Below, piece after piece: positions 55,284 through 64,000 of a stretch of DNA of 64,000 nt. The number at the start of each line of letters is the position of its first letter. Positions within the stretch are counted from its first letter, which is position 1. Location: the IMG/VR virus record IMGVR_UViG_3300020419_001132, one strand, 5' to 3'. Made by a program: the position numbers and the translations under genes. The DNA comes from a virus. Taxonomy: Duplodnaviria; Caudoviricetes. Below the pieces are notes generated by a model. It made no database searches. It was not told where the DNA came from and saw only the letters and a program-made list of their open reading frames with translations.

Positions 55284-55633
55284 GATTCGCTCATACTCAC
55301 ATCACTTGGACGTTCTTGCGAATATGCTAGGACGCAATCTGCGTCTACCATTCGTAGTACTATTTCTTCATCTCCATTATCTATTTTACAACTCCTAGTC
55401 CAACGACCGTGTTCGATTAGAATCCATTCTCCGACAGAATAATCATCTTCATTCCGCGGGCCTTTTGCATACACCTTACCCCATCTAGGATAGATGCCTC
55501 TAGTTGTTGTGTCGTCGTCTAAAACAATTAATCCTGCCTTAGTTTTCTGCTCTCCGAAATGCATATCACTAACCAGAACTCTATCTCTAATAGGGCGTAA
55601 ATCCCCTTTGATTGTATGTAAGTTTATAGCCAT
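55280..55633 (-). CDS. groES: GroES-like co-chaperonin
   Basis: LRPIRDRVLV, TKAGLIV, GKVYAKGP, VGEWIL. Confidence 0.8.
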   Translation of the reverse strand: MAINLHTIKGDLRPIRDRVLVSDMHFGEQKTKAGLIVLDDDTTTRGIYPRWGKVYAKGPRNEDDYSVGEWILIEHGRWTRSCKIDNGDEEIVLRMVDADCVLAYSQERPSDVSMSES

Positions 55634-55980
55634 TATTCACCTTTTTTTACAAAGTTACCATCTTCGTCTTCAACCCAATCTTCGTTGTCTTCTGCAACAA
55701 CTAATGGATCTTCAACTGCTTCTTCTGCTCCTGATGCAAGTTCTGCTCTTGACATCATTCCTTCATCAGGAACTCCTGGATTAGAATCATAGTAGTCTTT
55801 AAGAACTTGTTCTCTAGTTCTTACAATTTCACCACCAGGCCCTAATTCATCGCCACGTGCATTTACTTTTGCATTTCCAACAGCAGGAGTAAGCTCATTT
55901 TTTTGACGTAGTAAATCCATATCAACGACTTTACCTTGCATTGATTTGTACTGTTTACGTCCTACTTGTTTCATCGGCAT
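55633..55980 (-). CDS. Hypothetical acidic protein
   Basis: AGGAGG SD; TAAGTA upstream. Confidence 0.55.
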   Translation of the reverse strand: MPMKQVGRKQYKSMQGKVVDMDLLRQKNELTPAVGNAKVNARGDELGPGGEIVRTREQVLKDYYDSNPGVPDEGMMSRAELASGAEEAVEDPLVVAEDNEDWVEDEDGNFVKKGE

Positions 55981-56008
55981 GATATTACCTCCTTTGTTAT
56001 ATATGTAC

Positions 56009-56566
56009 TTATCTCAGGAACTCGTGCCAATCGAGTCCATATTGGATTGGGTTTATTTTATGTATACCTATTAGATATAACACATAACTAGCAACACTAG
56101 ATCCTCTACCCACGCCCCAAACTATATTATTTTTTCTCATAAAATCAACAAGGTATACCATGTATCTTAAAACATCTAACATACCACGTTCAGTAAATGC
56201 ATTAATCTCGTCATCAATCCTTAGACGCTCTGTTGACAATTCTGTTGTGCCATAACTTGTTGTTTGTAGTTCTTCCATTAACTTTGCTTTACACCATTCA
56301 TGTATGTCAAGATTTTTATATTCTTCTGGCATAAACCATTCGCTTTGACATACACCGTCAAATGTTTTTTCGTCTACATCTAATGGAACATATTTTGTAA
56401 GAGTTGGAAGACCTTGCTCTTCCATTGCAGTATTGAATCTGTCTATATCATCACTTGGGTCACATAATACCATGTGACATTTGTCAACATGGCCTGTATA
56501 GATCATATCCATTAAATCACGATTAGAAAATCGTGGTATACCTAATTCATCTGTTTTCATCAGCAT
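56009..56566 (-). CDS. Stand-alone fragment of DNA polymerase III alpha (DnaE palm N-part)
   Basis: EINAF...YLVDFMRKNNIVWGVGRGSSVASYVLYLIGIHKINPIQYGL..EFLR; ends before the PDID catalytic motif. Confidence 0.8.
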   Translation of the reverse strand: MLMKTDELGIPRFSNRDLMDMIYTGHVDKCHMVLCDPSDDIDRFNTAMEEQGLPTLTKYVPLDVDEKTFDGVCQSEWFMPEEYKNLDIHEWCKAKLMEELQTTSYGTTELSTERLRIDDEINAFTERGMLDVLRYMVYLVDFMRKNNIVWGVGRGSSVASYVLYLIGIHKINPIQYGLDWHEFLR

Positions 56567-56575
56567 ATCTTTATA

Positions 56576-56803
56576 TTAACTGATTTTTATCAAGTTGTCA
56601 AGTGTTTTATTGTCTTCTTGTGGATCTTTTTCTGCGGATCTTCTGCGTTCTGCTTCTAGCCTAAGCTCGTCTATTATCATAACCATCTGACTCCTAACTT
56701 GTTCGTTATTTGTCATCCAATATTTTCTATTAAGTGCGTCTAACTTGTTACCTAGTTCAACATCAGATAAAGTTTTGTAGTCCTCTGCTAAGGGGTGGTT
56801 CAT
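56576..56803 (-). CDS. Small helical hypothetical protein (start MNHPL)
   Basis: ATGA overlap with the upstream gene at 56800-56803. Confidence 0.55.
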   Translation of the reverse strand: MNHPLAEDYKTLSDVELGNKLDALNRKYWMTNNEQVRSQMVMIIDELRLEAERRRSAEKDPQEDNKTLDNLIKIS

Positions 56804-57366
56804 GTACCAAACGTACCAACAAATTGTGCATATACAATAGTGCCGCCGTCTGATGTCCAAAAGTCAACAATTTTAGGTTGTGTAGATGAAGCAATAGCAA
56901 ATGATCCTGGAAAAGCACTATCTTTTCTAAGTGTTCCTCCACTTGTTGCCCAAGTAACTACCCTTGAAGGACCGTCGCTTGTAACAACCATTCTCAATTT
57001 ACCTAGCTTTCCAGAAGCTGGCCACTGAGCAAGTGTAAGTGTAAGATCTGCACCAACTTGAATAGTTTGGTAACTACCATTTGACCAGTTTACATTTTGT
57101 GGAGCAGAAACATTTCCTATGCCATATGCAACATCAGTTGTGGCTAAAAAGTTAGCTTCTTGTATTGTCTCACCATTAAAGTCGTTAGTTGCATTAAGTT
57201 TAGCAGTATTTGTATCTAAAGATGAAAGGTCAGCCCTTGCTTTTGTTAGTGTAGTTTTAATATTATTAAAATTATCTCTAAAGCCCTGACTGTCGTTATC
57301 CTGACCTGCAACAGGGTATGTTGCGTCGATAGCATTTATCTCAGTTAAACTTGTTGTTATAGCCAT
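56800..57366 (-). CDS. Virion (baseplate/tail) structural protein
   Basis: YPVAGQDNDSQGFRDNF; TATAAATA at 57383-57390. Confidence 0.6.
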   Translation of the reverse strand: MAITTSLTEINAIDATYPVAGQDNDSQGFRDNFNNIKTTLTKARADLSSLDTNTAKLNATNDFNGETIQEANFLATTDVAYGIGNVSAPQNVNWSNGSYQTIQVGADLTLTLAQWPASGKLGKLRMVVTSDGPSRVVTWATSGGTLRKDSAFPGSFAIASSTQPKIVDFWTSDGGTIVYAQFVGTFGT

Positions 57367-57382
57367 ATTTCTTTCTCCATAG

Positions 57383-57390
57383 TATTTATA
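57383..57390 (-). promoter_or_regulatory. Late promoter TATAAATA
   Basis: Exact match. Confidence 0.75.
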
Positions 57391-57394
57391 TCAT

Positions 57395-59920
57395 TTAAAC
57401 ATTGTATTCATAGTTATGAAATAGCAAGTATTGTTCGTTAGAATTGCCAGTTGTACTGTCTATCACATATCTATCTATGTCGAAGTCAAACTGGTTAAAT
57501 TTAACATTGGCAGTATTTAAAGCATTTATTATAGTTGTACTATTGCCAGGTTTAACGTAACATAAAGGAACTGCCTTAACATATCCTAAATTTTCTATTG
57601 AACCAGGTTGTGAAGTACGCATCCATAATGGTAAAAAGTTTAATTCAGTCTCTCCTACAGCCCTAATATTATCTCTCATGTTAGTAATATTGCTTATATA
57701 CTTTTTGCCTTCGTTGCCACCATCAACACTTATAGCAAGACTGTCTGCTTTTACAGTATTTTCAGGAACTGGTCTAAATCTAAACGGATCTTCACTTCCT
57801 TGTACGTCTGGCCTAAAAGTAATATCGCCTGACCTTAGTGTAGCACTAATAGGATTTGAAGTTACTTGTACGTCTGCAGTTCTTGTCCCTATTGTAAAAG
57901 CTGGTAACAGTTGAAAGATAACATCTCCGCCTCTGGTACCCATTCTTAGACCAGTAGGTTCTAAGTTTTCTACACTATCAGCATCTAAGTTATACATTGT
58001 TTGATCCACTGTTCTTTCAGTAGGATTAAATGTTGTAAAGTGTTTTCTTGTCTTTTTAATTGCATCTTCTGGGTCTATTACTTCAACATAAATTACTTCG
58101 TATACTTCTGTAGTTGTTCCTGGTGTTTTTGCTACTGCACTTTTTATATCGCCTAGTCTATATGTTTTTCTCTTATGATTTTTTGCTGTAGCGGCTACAT
58201 AATTATTAACGGACTTAGTTTCTATTCCAGCATACACAAGCATCTGCATAGTTTTTTGTATTCCAAATTTAGGATCGTTTGGTCTATATATTAATGAACT
58301 GTCAAACAAGTTATTATCACTAACAATAAGTTCATAATTACTTCTTTGTGTTGTTTTTAGCATTGGCCTTATGTATAAATTACTATAAAGTTTATCATCA
58401 GGATCAGTAACCTGTATTGTAAATTCTCTTGTTATAGCACTATAGCCAAAATGATCTTGTACTTTAACTGTAAATTTAAATTTCCTATCAATAGAAGTTG
58501 TATTACCGTCTAGTTGTAATCCTGCGTTATCAAACACAGTCAATCCTAAATTTCCTACAGATCCAAAACTATTAATCTTTCCTATAATTTCTCCGTCGTA
58601 GCTTAATGCAAGTCCAGGAGGTAAGCTACCACTAGTTAGTGTATATAATAAGTTTGCTCTAGGAACAGTAGAAGTAGCTACTACACTCAATGTGCTAATA
58701 TAGTTACTATTGATTGTTCCTAAGTCTGCTTTTGTAGTCCATGCAAGAACACTATCAATCTCTCCAAGCATACTGACAGTAAACGTTTTATCTTTAAAAC
58801 TAGTTTCAGCTGTTGTCGCCGCCTGCCTAAATGCCCGTATTGTAAATTTGTATTGTTTTGTAACTGCTGGTTGGTATGGTACTTTACCTGCTATTTCTCC
58901 ATTAATTGTATCCAATGCCATTCCTGGCGGTAATGCACTAGTACTTCCATCATCATTTGTGGTTTGTAAAGAATATGATATGACGCCACTTAAACTGTTA
59001 GGGTCTATCACATCTAAAAATAATGTGACATAGTTATTAGCTCTTCTAAACCCAAAGTTCGCCGGAGTTAACCAAATAGGAACCCTAATATGGGAGTTGT
59101 CAGCAGTAAACACGCCATTTGCAACCTGCATGATAGTATTGTCTGCTCTAAGGAAGTCATCTCCTACAACATAAATTCTAAATTTTCTTTTAACAATGGT
59201 ATCACCGTCACTAACAGAAACAATAAATTCGTAAAATCTGTTAAGTTTTTTAGGACTATTTGAAGGTGTAGATGTGTCATAAATTACTGTATCGTAAAAG
59301 AAGCTATCAAAACCGTTATCTGGTCTTATGCCAAAATCAAACGGATAATTTCCATAGTTATTAGTATCATACTTTCCAGATCCTGAGGCATCTTCTAATG
59401 CTAGTATTGGTTCTACAACACCTACAAGTTTACCGTCAGTTGTTAGCTGTATTCCTGGAGGCAATTCTCCATCACCTTCTTGTATGTAATACTCTAAAGT
59501 ATCTCCTGCAGATAAATCAGTATCTGTTGCAACTAATTGAAAGTCTAAAGGAGCACTATCAATAATATAAAATGTGTTATTTGGGCCTACCGGTAATAAG
59601 TCTTCTGCGGTTACCCAGGTAGGTGCATCTGCGCCTGTGACTATTATACTATAAGTTCTATCATCAATAACTCCGTTTTGATTTGCTCTAACAACAAATT
59701 TGTAAACTGTATCTCTTGTTACTTCTAAAGGAGTGCCTACAAGATTTTCGCCACTTAATCTCATGCCTTTGGGTATTGTACCACTTACAAGGCTTATAGT
59801 CATATTATTACTAGCTAAAGGAAGGTATTCACTCTTTATAGGAAGAGCATATGTAGTTGTGACTCTTTCAGATAATGTTGTTAATGTTGTGCCAGATAAT
59901 GATGTCCAAAAAATAGCCAT
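57395..59920 (-). CDS. Baseplate wedge-like protein with putative Ig-like repeats
   Basis: Repeated LPPG[ILM]xL..G.i.G units; late promoter; structural context. Confidence 0.65.
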   Translation of the reverse strand: MAIFWTSLSGTTLTTLSERVTTTYALPIKSEYLPLASNNMTISLVSGTIPKGMRLSGENLVGTPLEVTRDTVYKFVVRANQNGVIDDRTYSIIVTGADAPTWVTAEDLLPVGPNNTFYIIDSAPLDFQLVATDTDLSAGDTLEYYIQEGDGELPPGIQLTTDGKLVGVVEPILALEDASGSGKYDTNNYGNYPFDFGIRPDNGFDSFFYDTVIYDTSTPSNSPKKLNRFYEFIVSVSDGDTIVKRKFRIYVVGDDFLRADNTIMQVANGVFTADNSHIRVPIWLTPANFGFRRANNYVTLFLDVIDPNSLSGVISYSLQTTNDDGSTSALPPGMALDTINGEIAGKVPYQPAVTKQYKFTIRAFRQAATTAETSFKDKTFTVSMLGEIDSVLAWTTKADLGTINSNYISTLSVVATSTVPRANLLYTLTSGSLPPGLALSYDGEIIGKINSFGSVGNLGLTVFDNAGLQLDGNTTSIDRKFKFTVKVQDHFGYSAITREFTIQVTDPDDKLYSNLYIRPMLKTTQRSNYELIVSDNNLFDSSLIYRPNDPKFGIQKTMQMLVYAGIETKSVNNYVAATAKNHKRKTYRLGDIKSAVAKTPGTTTEVYEVIYVEVIDPEDAIKKTRKHFTTFNPTERTVDQTMYNLDADSVENLEPTGLRMGTRGGDVIFQLLPAFTIGTRTADVQVTSNPISATLRSGDITFRPDVQGSEDPFRFRPVPENTVKADSLAISVDGGNEGKKYISNITNMRDNIRAVGETELNFLPLWMRTSQPGSIENLGYVKAVPLCYVKPGNSTTIINALNTANVKFNQFDFDIDRYVIDSTTGNSNEQYLLFHNYEYNV

Positions 59921-59937
59921 AATAACTCCTTATACTA

Positions 59938-59945
59938 TATTTATA
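59938..59945 (-). promoter_or_regulatory. Late promoter TATAAATA
   Basis: Exact match upstream of the baseplate gene. Confidence 0.75.
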
Positions 59946-59949
59946 GGAA

Positions 59950-60648
59950 TTAGAGACTGCCGCCTTCTATTGAAACTGCTTGTGGAGACGCAAAAGTACC
60001 CATATCATAGTCTGTCGTAAGTATAATAAAATCCATGACATTTGTTGCTGTCAAATCAAGACCACCCATATCAAAGTCTATCAAAGACGAACTAACACTT
60101 CTAATATCGATGCCATAAACTAAACCTTCTAAAGCACCGTTAAAATTAGATGCTGTAATAGTTCCACCATTAGTAACATTGTTTCCGTTAGCATCTAAAT
60201 TTCCGCTTAGAGTAGGTGATGTATCAAGAGCTACTAATCCCGATCCAGTAACATTAATTTTAAGATTGCCACTTTCTACTTTAGTTTGTACATTTGTGCC
60301 ACCCTGTATATTAGCTGACTGTCCACCTCCGGGCAAAATAATACTTCCGTCATCACTTATTAGTATTAACTGTGTAATACCTGAGTCTGCTGTAATACTT
60401 ACAGTATTACCGCCAGGCGTAATGGTTACACCAGCACCTGCCTGTAGTGATTTGAATTGCAATGTATTATCAGATTTTTGTGCAAATAGTCCAGTGCCTG
60501 TTCCAAGATTAGATGCCTGGACATTTACGCTTGTTACTGATGTATTCAATTCTGTAAAGTTATCGTTTACCTTAATGAACGCTTCACGTAGATCATCACC
60601 TGTTCCGTCGTTTGCTATATTTCCTATGTTAATAGCTTGAATAGCCAT
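59950..60648 (-). CDS. Baseplate/fibre connector (gp9/gp10-like N-terminus)
   Basis: INIGNIANDGTGDDLREAFIKVNDNFTEL. Confidence 0.7.
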   Translation of the reverse strand: MAIQAINIGNIANDGTGDDLREAFIKVNDNFTELNTSVTSVNVQASNLGTGTGLFAQKSDNTLQFKSLQAGAGVTITPGGNTVSITADSGITQLILISDDGSIILPGGGQSANIQGGTNVQTKVESGNLKINVTGSGLVALDTSPTLSGNLDANGNNVTNGGTITASNFNGALEGLVYGIDIRSVSSSLIDFDMGGLDLTATNVMDFIILTTDYDMGTFASPQAVSIEGGSL

Positions 60649-60685
60649 CTGCTTGACTCCTTATATTGTATTTACCAGCTAAAAT

Positions 60686-62710
60686 TTATTTCTTAATTCT
60701 AATATTAGCATTGTTAATTTGTATGCCCCGGCCTAAAACTCTTCTTTTCCCTTTGCGTGTTCGTCTATCTATATTTCCTTGATAAAGAACTTTTGGATCT
60801 CCACCTTCTAAACTATTATAATCAGTCCAGTTTGAATCATTAGTAGTGGTTGATTCTGTACCAGTGTAAAAGTTTGATGCATCTTGGTTGTCTAAACTTT
60901 TAATCCATTGTTTAATCTGTCTATAAGTCCAATCTCTATTGTGTTCTAATACTGTCGATATAAATCCTGCGGCTACAGGACATGCCGCACTAGTGCCACT
61001 AAAACCTGTATCTTCTCCAACACCTGCTCCTGATCCACTGTTGTAAGTAAAGCCAGGATATGTAGATGGATAGTCACCCTCGGGTGTATATTTTACATTT
61101 GCGGCAAGTGTGCCATCAGCAGGTAGATAACAATCTATACCTTCTCCGCGATCGCTATAACCAACTTTTGCTTCTTTAGATGAATTATAATCATCATCTA
61201 ACGCACCTATATTAATTGTTCTGTAATCTATTGTGCCGTCACCTTTAGTATGTTTTCCACCTTGTTGTGGAAAGCCTCTACGATTGGTTGTTCCGGTAAC
61301 CTCTACACTAAATTCTTGGAACGAGCTTTGTTCTAAAGTGTCTGTATTATTTGTTGCAATATAATTATTAAAGTCTACATGTCCGTCGTTTACTTGTTTT
61401 TGATTACTGTTGCCCGCCGCACATACAAATATTACACCTGAATCTATTAATTCATCTAATGCTGTTGTCATAGAATTGGTTTTCATTTCTGATTTCCAAC
61501 GTCCACTGTCCCCTTGTGAGCCCATGTGACTCAGCCAAGAAATTCCTGTTTCTGCTGTATAAGAAGTTGCAGAACCACCTCTGAAGTGATAATACCATGG
61601 AGGAGATGTTGGAGATTTATTAGCTCTGTATCCCCAACTGTTTGAACTAAGTGTAGGGTTTTTATTTCCGTACTCTGGATTAATTGGCTTCATTACATGG
61701 AAAAGTTTTTGCACATCAAAGCCTGATTCAATACCTGAACCATCTGCACCATATAAATTTAATACCCACTTGTTTGCATTGTATGCCCATCCTTGTGTTC
61801 TACCAAAAGTTAATGCACAACAAGGAGTAGAGTGTCTGCATACTGTGCCTCCGGGAACACTTGTATTATCACCATTACAGTTGCTTCTTGTATAATCTAC
61901 TGTCAAAGAACCTACTGTGCCATATGATTGGAATTTTGTACTTCTATTACTTGCATTTGTCCACCATCCTCTAGCAAAACTTTCTACAGGAACAGTTGTA
62001 CCGTCAAATCTAGTAGTAAGTCTAGATGCTGAATCCGCATTAAAGTAATCTGGATCTATATAATAAGGAGCATCTAATACTATATCTAATAGATCGCATG
62101 TACCATTACCGGGTAATAAATTACCACCTACGTAATCAGCAGGTGCAGGAGCGCCTGTGCAGTTGTTTTGGAACTCTGGATGTCCTATCCAACCTCCACC
62201 ATCATCTGCAACAATTACATCTACATCCTTTCCTGTACCAAGTTGTTGTATTTCTACATCAGCAACAAAATTATCTGCATAACCATTAGCCACCCAAGGG
62301 TCTAATTTTTGCATACATCTCCATATTTGATAACCAGTTCTATTTACATGCGAAACATTTAATGTATTAGATACTTCAAATTCTCTATAAACTTTGACAG
62401 ATCCTGAATATCTATTAAGGAGTTCAGGGCGAGTGGCATATATCTCATCTGGAGGGGGAGCATACGTTTCCGGATACTTCATGTAATCAATGTTGATAAA
62501 TTTTACTCTGGGATCTACTTTTAAGGCTGTTGCTTCATCGTCTGTAAGCAAATATGATCCTCTTGTAGGACTATGTAACTTTTCATCTTCAACTGTAACT
62601 TGTCTACTAGGTACAGAGTCATAGGTATTGCCATCTGCTATTAATTCTGCATGTAATTCAATCCATTGCTCTGAAGTGTGTGTTCCTAGCTGGTAGTACT
62701 TTTCACTCAT
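60686..62710 (-). CDS. Subtilisin-like (S8) serine protease with propeptide
   Basis: D in VIVADDG, H in RHSTPC, N in AAGNS, S in SGTSAACP; no signal peptide. Confidence 0.8.
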   Translation of the reverse strand: MSEKYYQLGTHTSEQWIELHAELIADGNTYDSVPSRQVTVEDEKLHSPTRGSYLLTDDEATALKVDPRVKFINIDYMKYPETYAPPPDEIYATRPELLNRYSGSVKVYREFEVSNTLNVSHVNRTGYQIWRCMQKLDPWVANGYADNFVADVEIQQLGTGKDVDVIVADDGGGWIGHPEFQNNCTGAPAPADYVGGNLLPGNGTCDLLDIVLDAPYYIDPDYFNADSASRLTTRFDGTTVPVESFARGWWTNASNRSTKFQSYGTVGSLTVDYTRSNCNGDNTSVPGGTVCRHSTPCCALTFGRTQGWAYNANKWVLNLYGADGSGIESGFDVQKLFHVMKPINPEYGNKNPTLSSNSWGYRANKSPTSPPWYYHFRGGSATSYTAETGISWLSHMGSQGDSGRWKSEMKTNSMTTALDELIDSGVIFVCAAGNSNQKQVNDGHVDFNNYIATNNTDTLEQSSFQEFSVEVTGTTNRRGFPQQGGKHTKGDGTIDYRTINIGALDDDYNSSKEAKVGYSDRGEGIDCYLPADGTLAANVKYTPEGDYPSTYPGFTYNSGSGAGVGEDTGFSGTSAACPVAAGFISTVLEHNRDWTYRQIKQWIKSLDNQDASNFYTGTESTTTNDSNWTDYNSLEGGDPKVLYQGNIDRRTRKGKRRVLGRGIQINNANIRIKK

Positions 62711-62719
62711 AACTTCCCC

Positions 62720-63976
62720 TTAAATCAAATTGGCCCATGAACCGTTTTCATATCCTTGAAACTTGTTATCAGTTGTGTTGTAAATTATGTCTCCATTAGA
62801 GGGTGTAAGAGCATTCCGTTGTGTCGTTGTAACATTCAGCATTTGGAATGGACCAGTTGTTGCTTTTATTCTTGTGCCAGCGTTTAATTCTATTTCGTTG
62901 TCTGAAAAAATTTCAGGAGTTCCTGATCCTGTAGTGTTAAGCGATCCAGCAACATTTAAATTATTGTTGACTACAAGATCATTTTCAACAGTCAAATCAC
63001 TACTCATTGTTATAGCTGGAGTTACTACTATGCCACTACTATCACTAGAATCTATTGTTGTTCCTGTGAATGTAATAGATCCAAGTGATGGAACAGATGG
63101 AATTTCAGAAAAATTTGCAAGTTTATTCCAACTACCACCGTGAGCAAAATACATTGCCCCGTCTGCATGGCTGTGTCCTATTGCGCCATGGTATGTAGTA
63201 GCACTTGGAAATGCGGCTTGATTAGCATAATAAAAAGGAATAACAGCTGATGTTGTAGTAGTTGCACCTCTTGCTAATACAGTTGATAATGTGTCTGATT
63301 CACTTGTAAGATAACTGCTTAAATCTGGTGGTGTAAAAGTAAACACACCTGTTGAATTATCGTATGCTATTGATCCTGAACCACTTGCACTTGCTGGTGA
63401 TCCTACACTTAGGCTATCCAATGCAATACCAGTTCCACTGGTAATTGTAATAGTTTTGGTTGCACCATTGCCAGTAGCAGTAACACCTGCTCCTACAAAA
63501 TTTAAAATTGTGCCGGACGATGTTAAATTTGAACCTTCGTCTTGTATGGTAATTCCAGCGCCGCCGCCTCCACCGCCACCTGTTTGATCGCCTGGTTCAT
63601 ATCTACCTAAACTTGCATTATAAATTAACACTTGATTGTTTGTTGGTGCAGTAGATCCTACATTATCTAAACTTTCTATTGTTGTTTTTAAAGTAGGCTT
63701 ATTGGTAAGGTCAACGTAGCTTCCACTAAACAATGATGGCTTATTAGATAAGCTATTGTAATCACCTGTAAATGCTGTGCTATGAAATGATTGTCCTCCT
63801 ATAGTTGCACTAGAACTATCTATAACTAGACTATTTGCACTTAACGCTCCAGACGCTGTAATATTCACTGCATTAACAACATTATTTCCAGTAAGGTTTA
63901 AATCATCTCCTGAAGGTAATTCCTTTATTTTATTGTTATCTGCTGTATCTATTATTAGAGGATATCTTGTCGCCAT
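62720..63976 (-). CDS. Virion fibre/structural protein
   Basis: G/S/T-rich; C-terminal GDIIYNTTDNKFQGYENGSWANL module. Confidence 0.7.
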   Translation of the reverse strand: MATRYPLIIDTADNNKIKELPSGDDLNLTGNNVVNAVNITASGALSANSLVIDSSSATIGGQSFHSTAFTGDYNSLSNKPSLFSGSYVDLTNKPTLKTTIESLDNVGSTAPTNNQVLIYNASLGRYEPGDQTGGGGGGGAGITIQDEGSNLTSSGTILNFVGAGVTATGNGATKTITITSGTGIALDSLSVGSPASASGSGSIAYDNSTGVFTFTPPDLSSYLTSESDTLSTVLARGATTTTSAVIPFYYANQAAFPSATTYHGAIGHSHADGAMYFAHGGSWNKLANFSEIPSVPSLGSITFTGTTIDSSDSSGIVVTPAITMSSDLTVENDLVVNNNLNVAGSLNTTGSGTPEIFSDNEIELNAGTRIKATTGPFQMLNVTTTQRNALTPSNGDIIYNTTDNKFQGYENGSWANLI

Positions 63977-64000
63977 TTTGTTTTCCTATTTACTATATTT

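Noticed and set aside
585-63143. The many 60-175 aa plus-strand ORFs in the track
   Set aside because: All except phoH lie antisense to well-supported minus-strand genes and lack SD and motifs
1-64000. Eukaryotic giant-virus origin (MBD4-like, PMM-like, PolB) or a recoded stop codon
   Set aside because: SD sequences, sigma70 and T4 late promoters, endolysin and spanins indicate a bacteriophage; genes are full-length under code 11
1-64000. tRNA/rRNA genes, integrase, transposons, introns or inteins
   Set aside because: No cloverleaf-sized intergenic gaps, no mobile-element motifs, and PolB, ClpA and ThyX are of normal length; a tRNAscan/Infernal run would be needed to be certain

Overview
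This is a 64-kb, AT-rich segment of a large lytic myovirus genome (T4-superfamily/jumbo-phage type). The host is probably a marine alphaproteobacterium, inferred from the FdxA, YccA and DoxX homologues. Almost every gene is on the minus strand; phoH is the only convincing plus-strand gene. From left to right the window holds: a lipid/oxygenase mini-cluster and a fibre gene; a MoxR-VWA pair; RNase H and an MBD4-like glycosylase; a 7-deazaguanine DNA-modification region; sliding clamp, sugar-nucleotide genes and family-B polymerase; about 8 kb of putative internal head (poly)proteins sharing T4-like capsid-targeting N-termini; ClpA and DnaJ; a three-gene envelope module with a 15x Cys-repeat protein; a lysis cassette (GH19 endolysin, spanins, MscS-like protein); phoH, thyX, ferredoxin and clamp loader; a halogenase with 2OG oxygenases; MazG, GroES and a half DnaE; and baseplate/fibre genes with a subtilisin. 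The best candidate for an undescribed system is the deazaguanine region. It has queE, folE, a DpdL-like T-fold protein and a DpdA-like transglycosylase, but no queC/queF. These genes are coupled to a GT-B glycosyltransferase and an unknown protein and lie near nucleotide-sugar genes, which suggests a glycosylated 7-deazaguanine hypermodification. All calls come from motif recognition by eye; no database searches were run.
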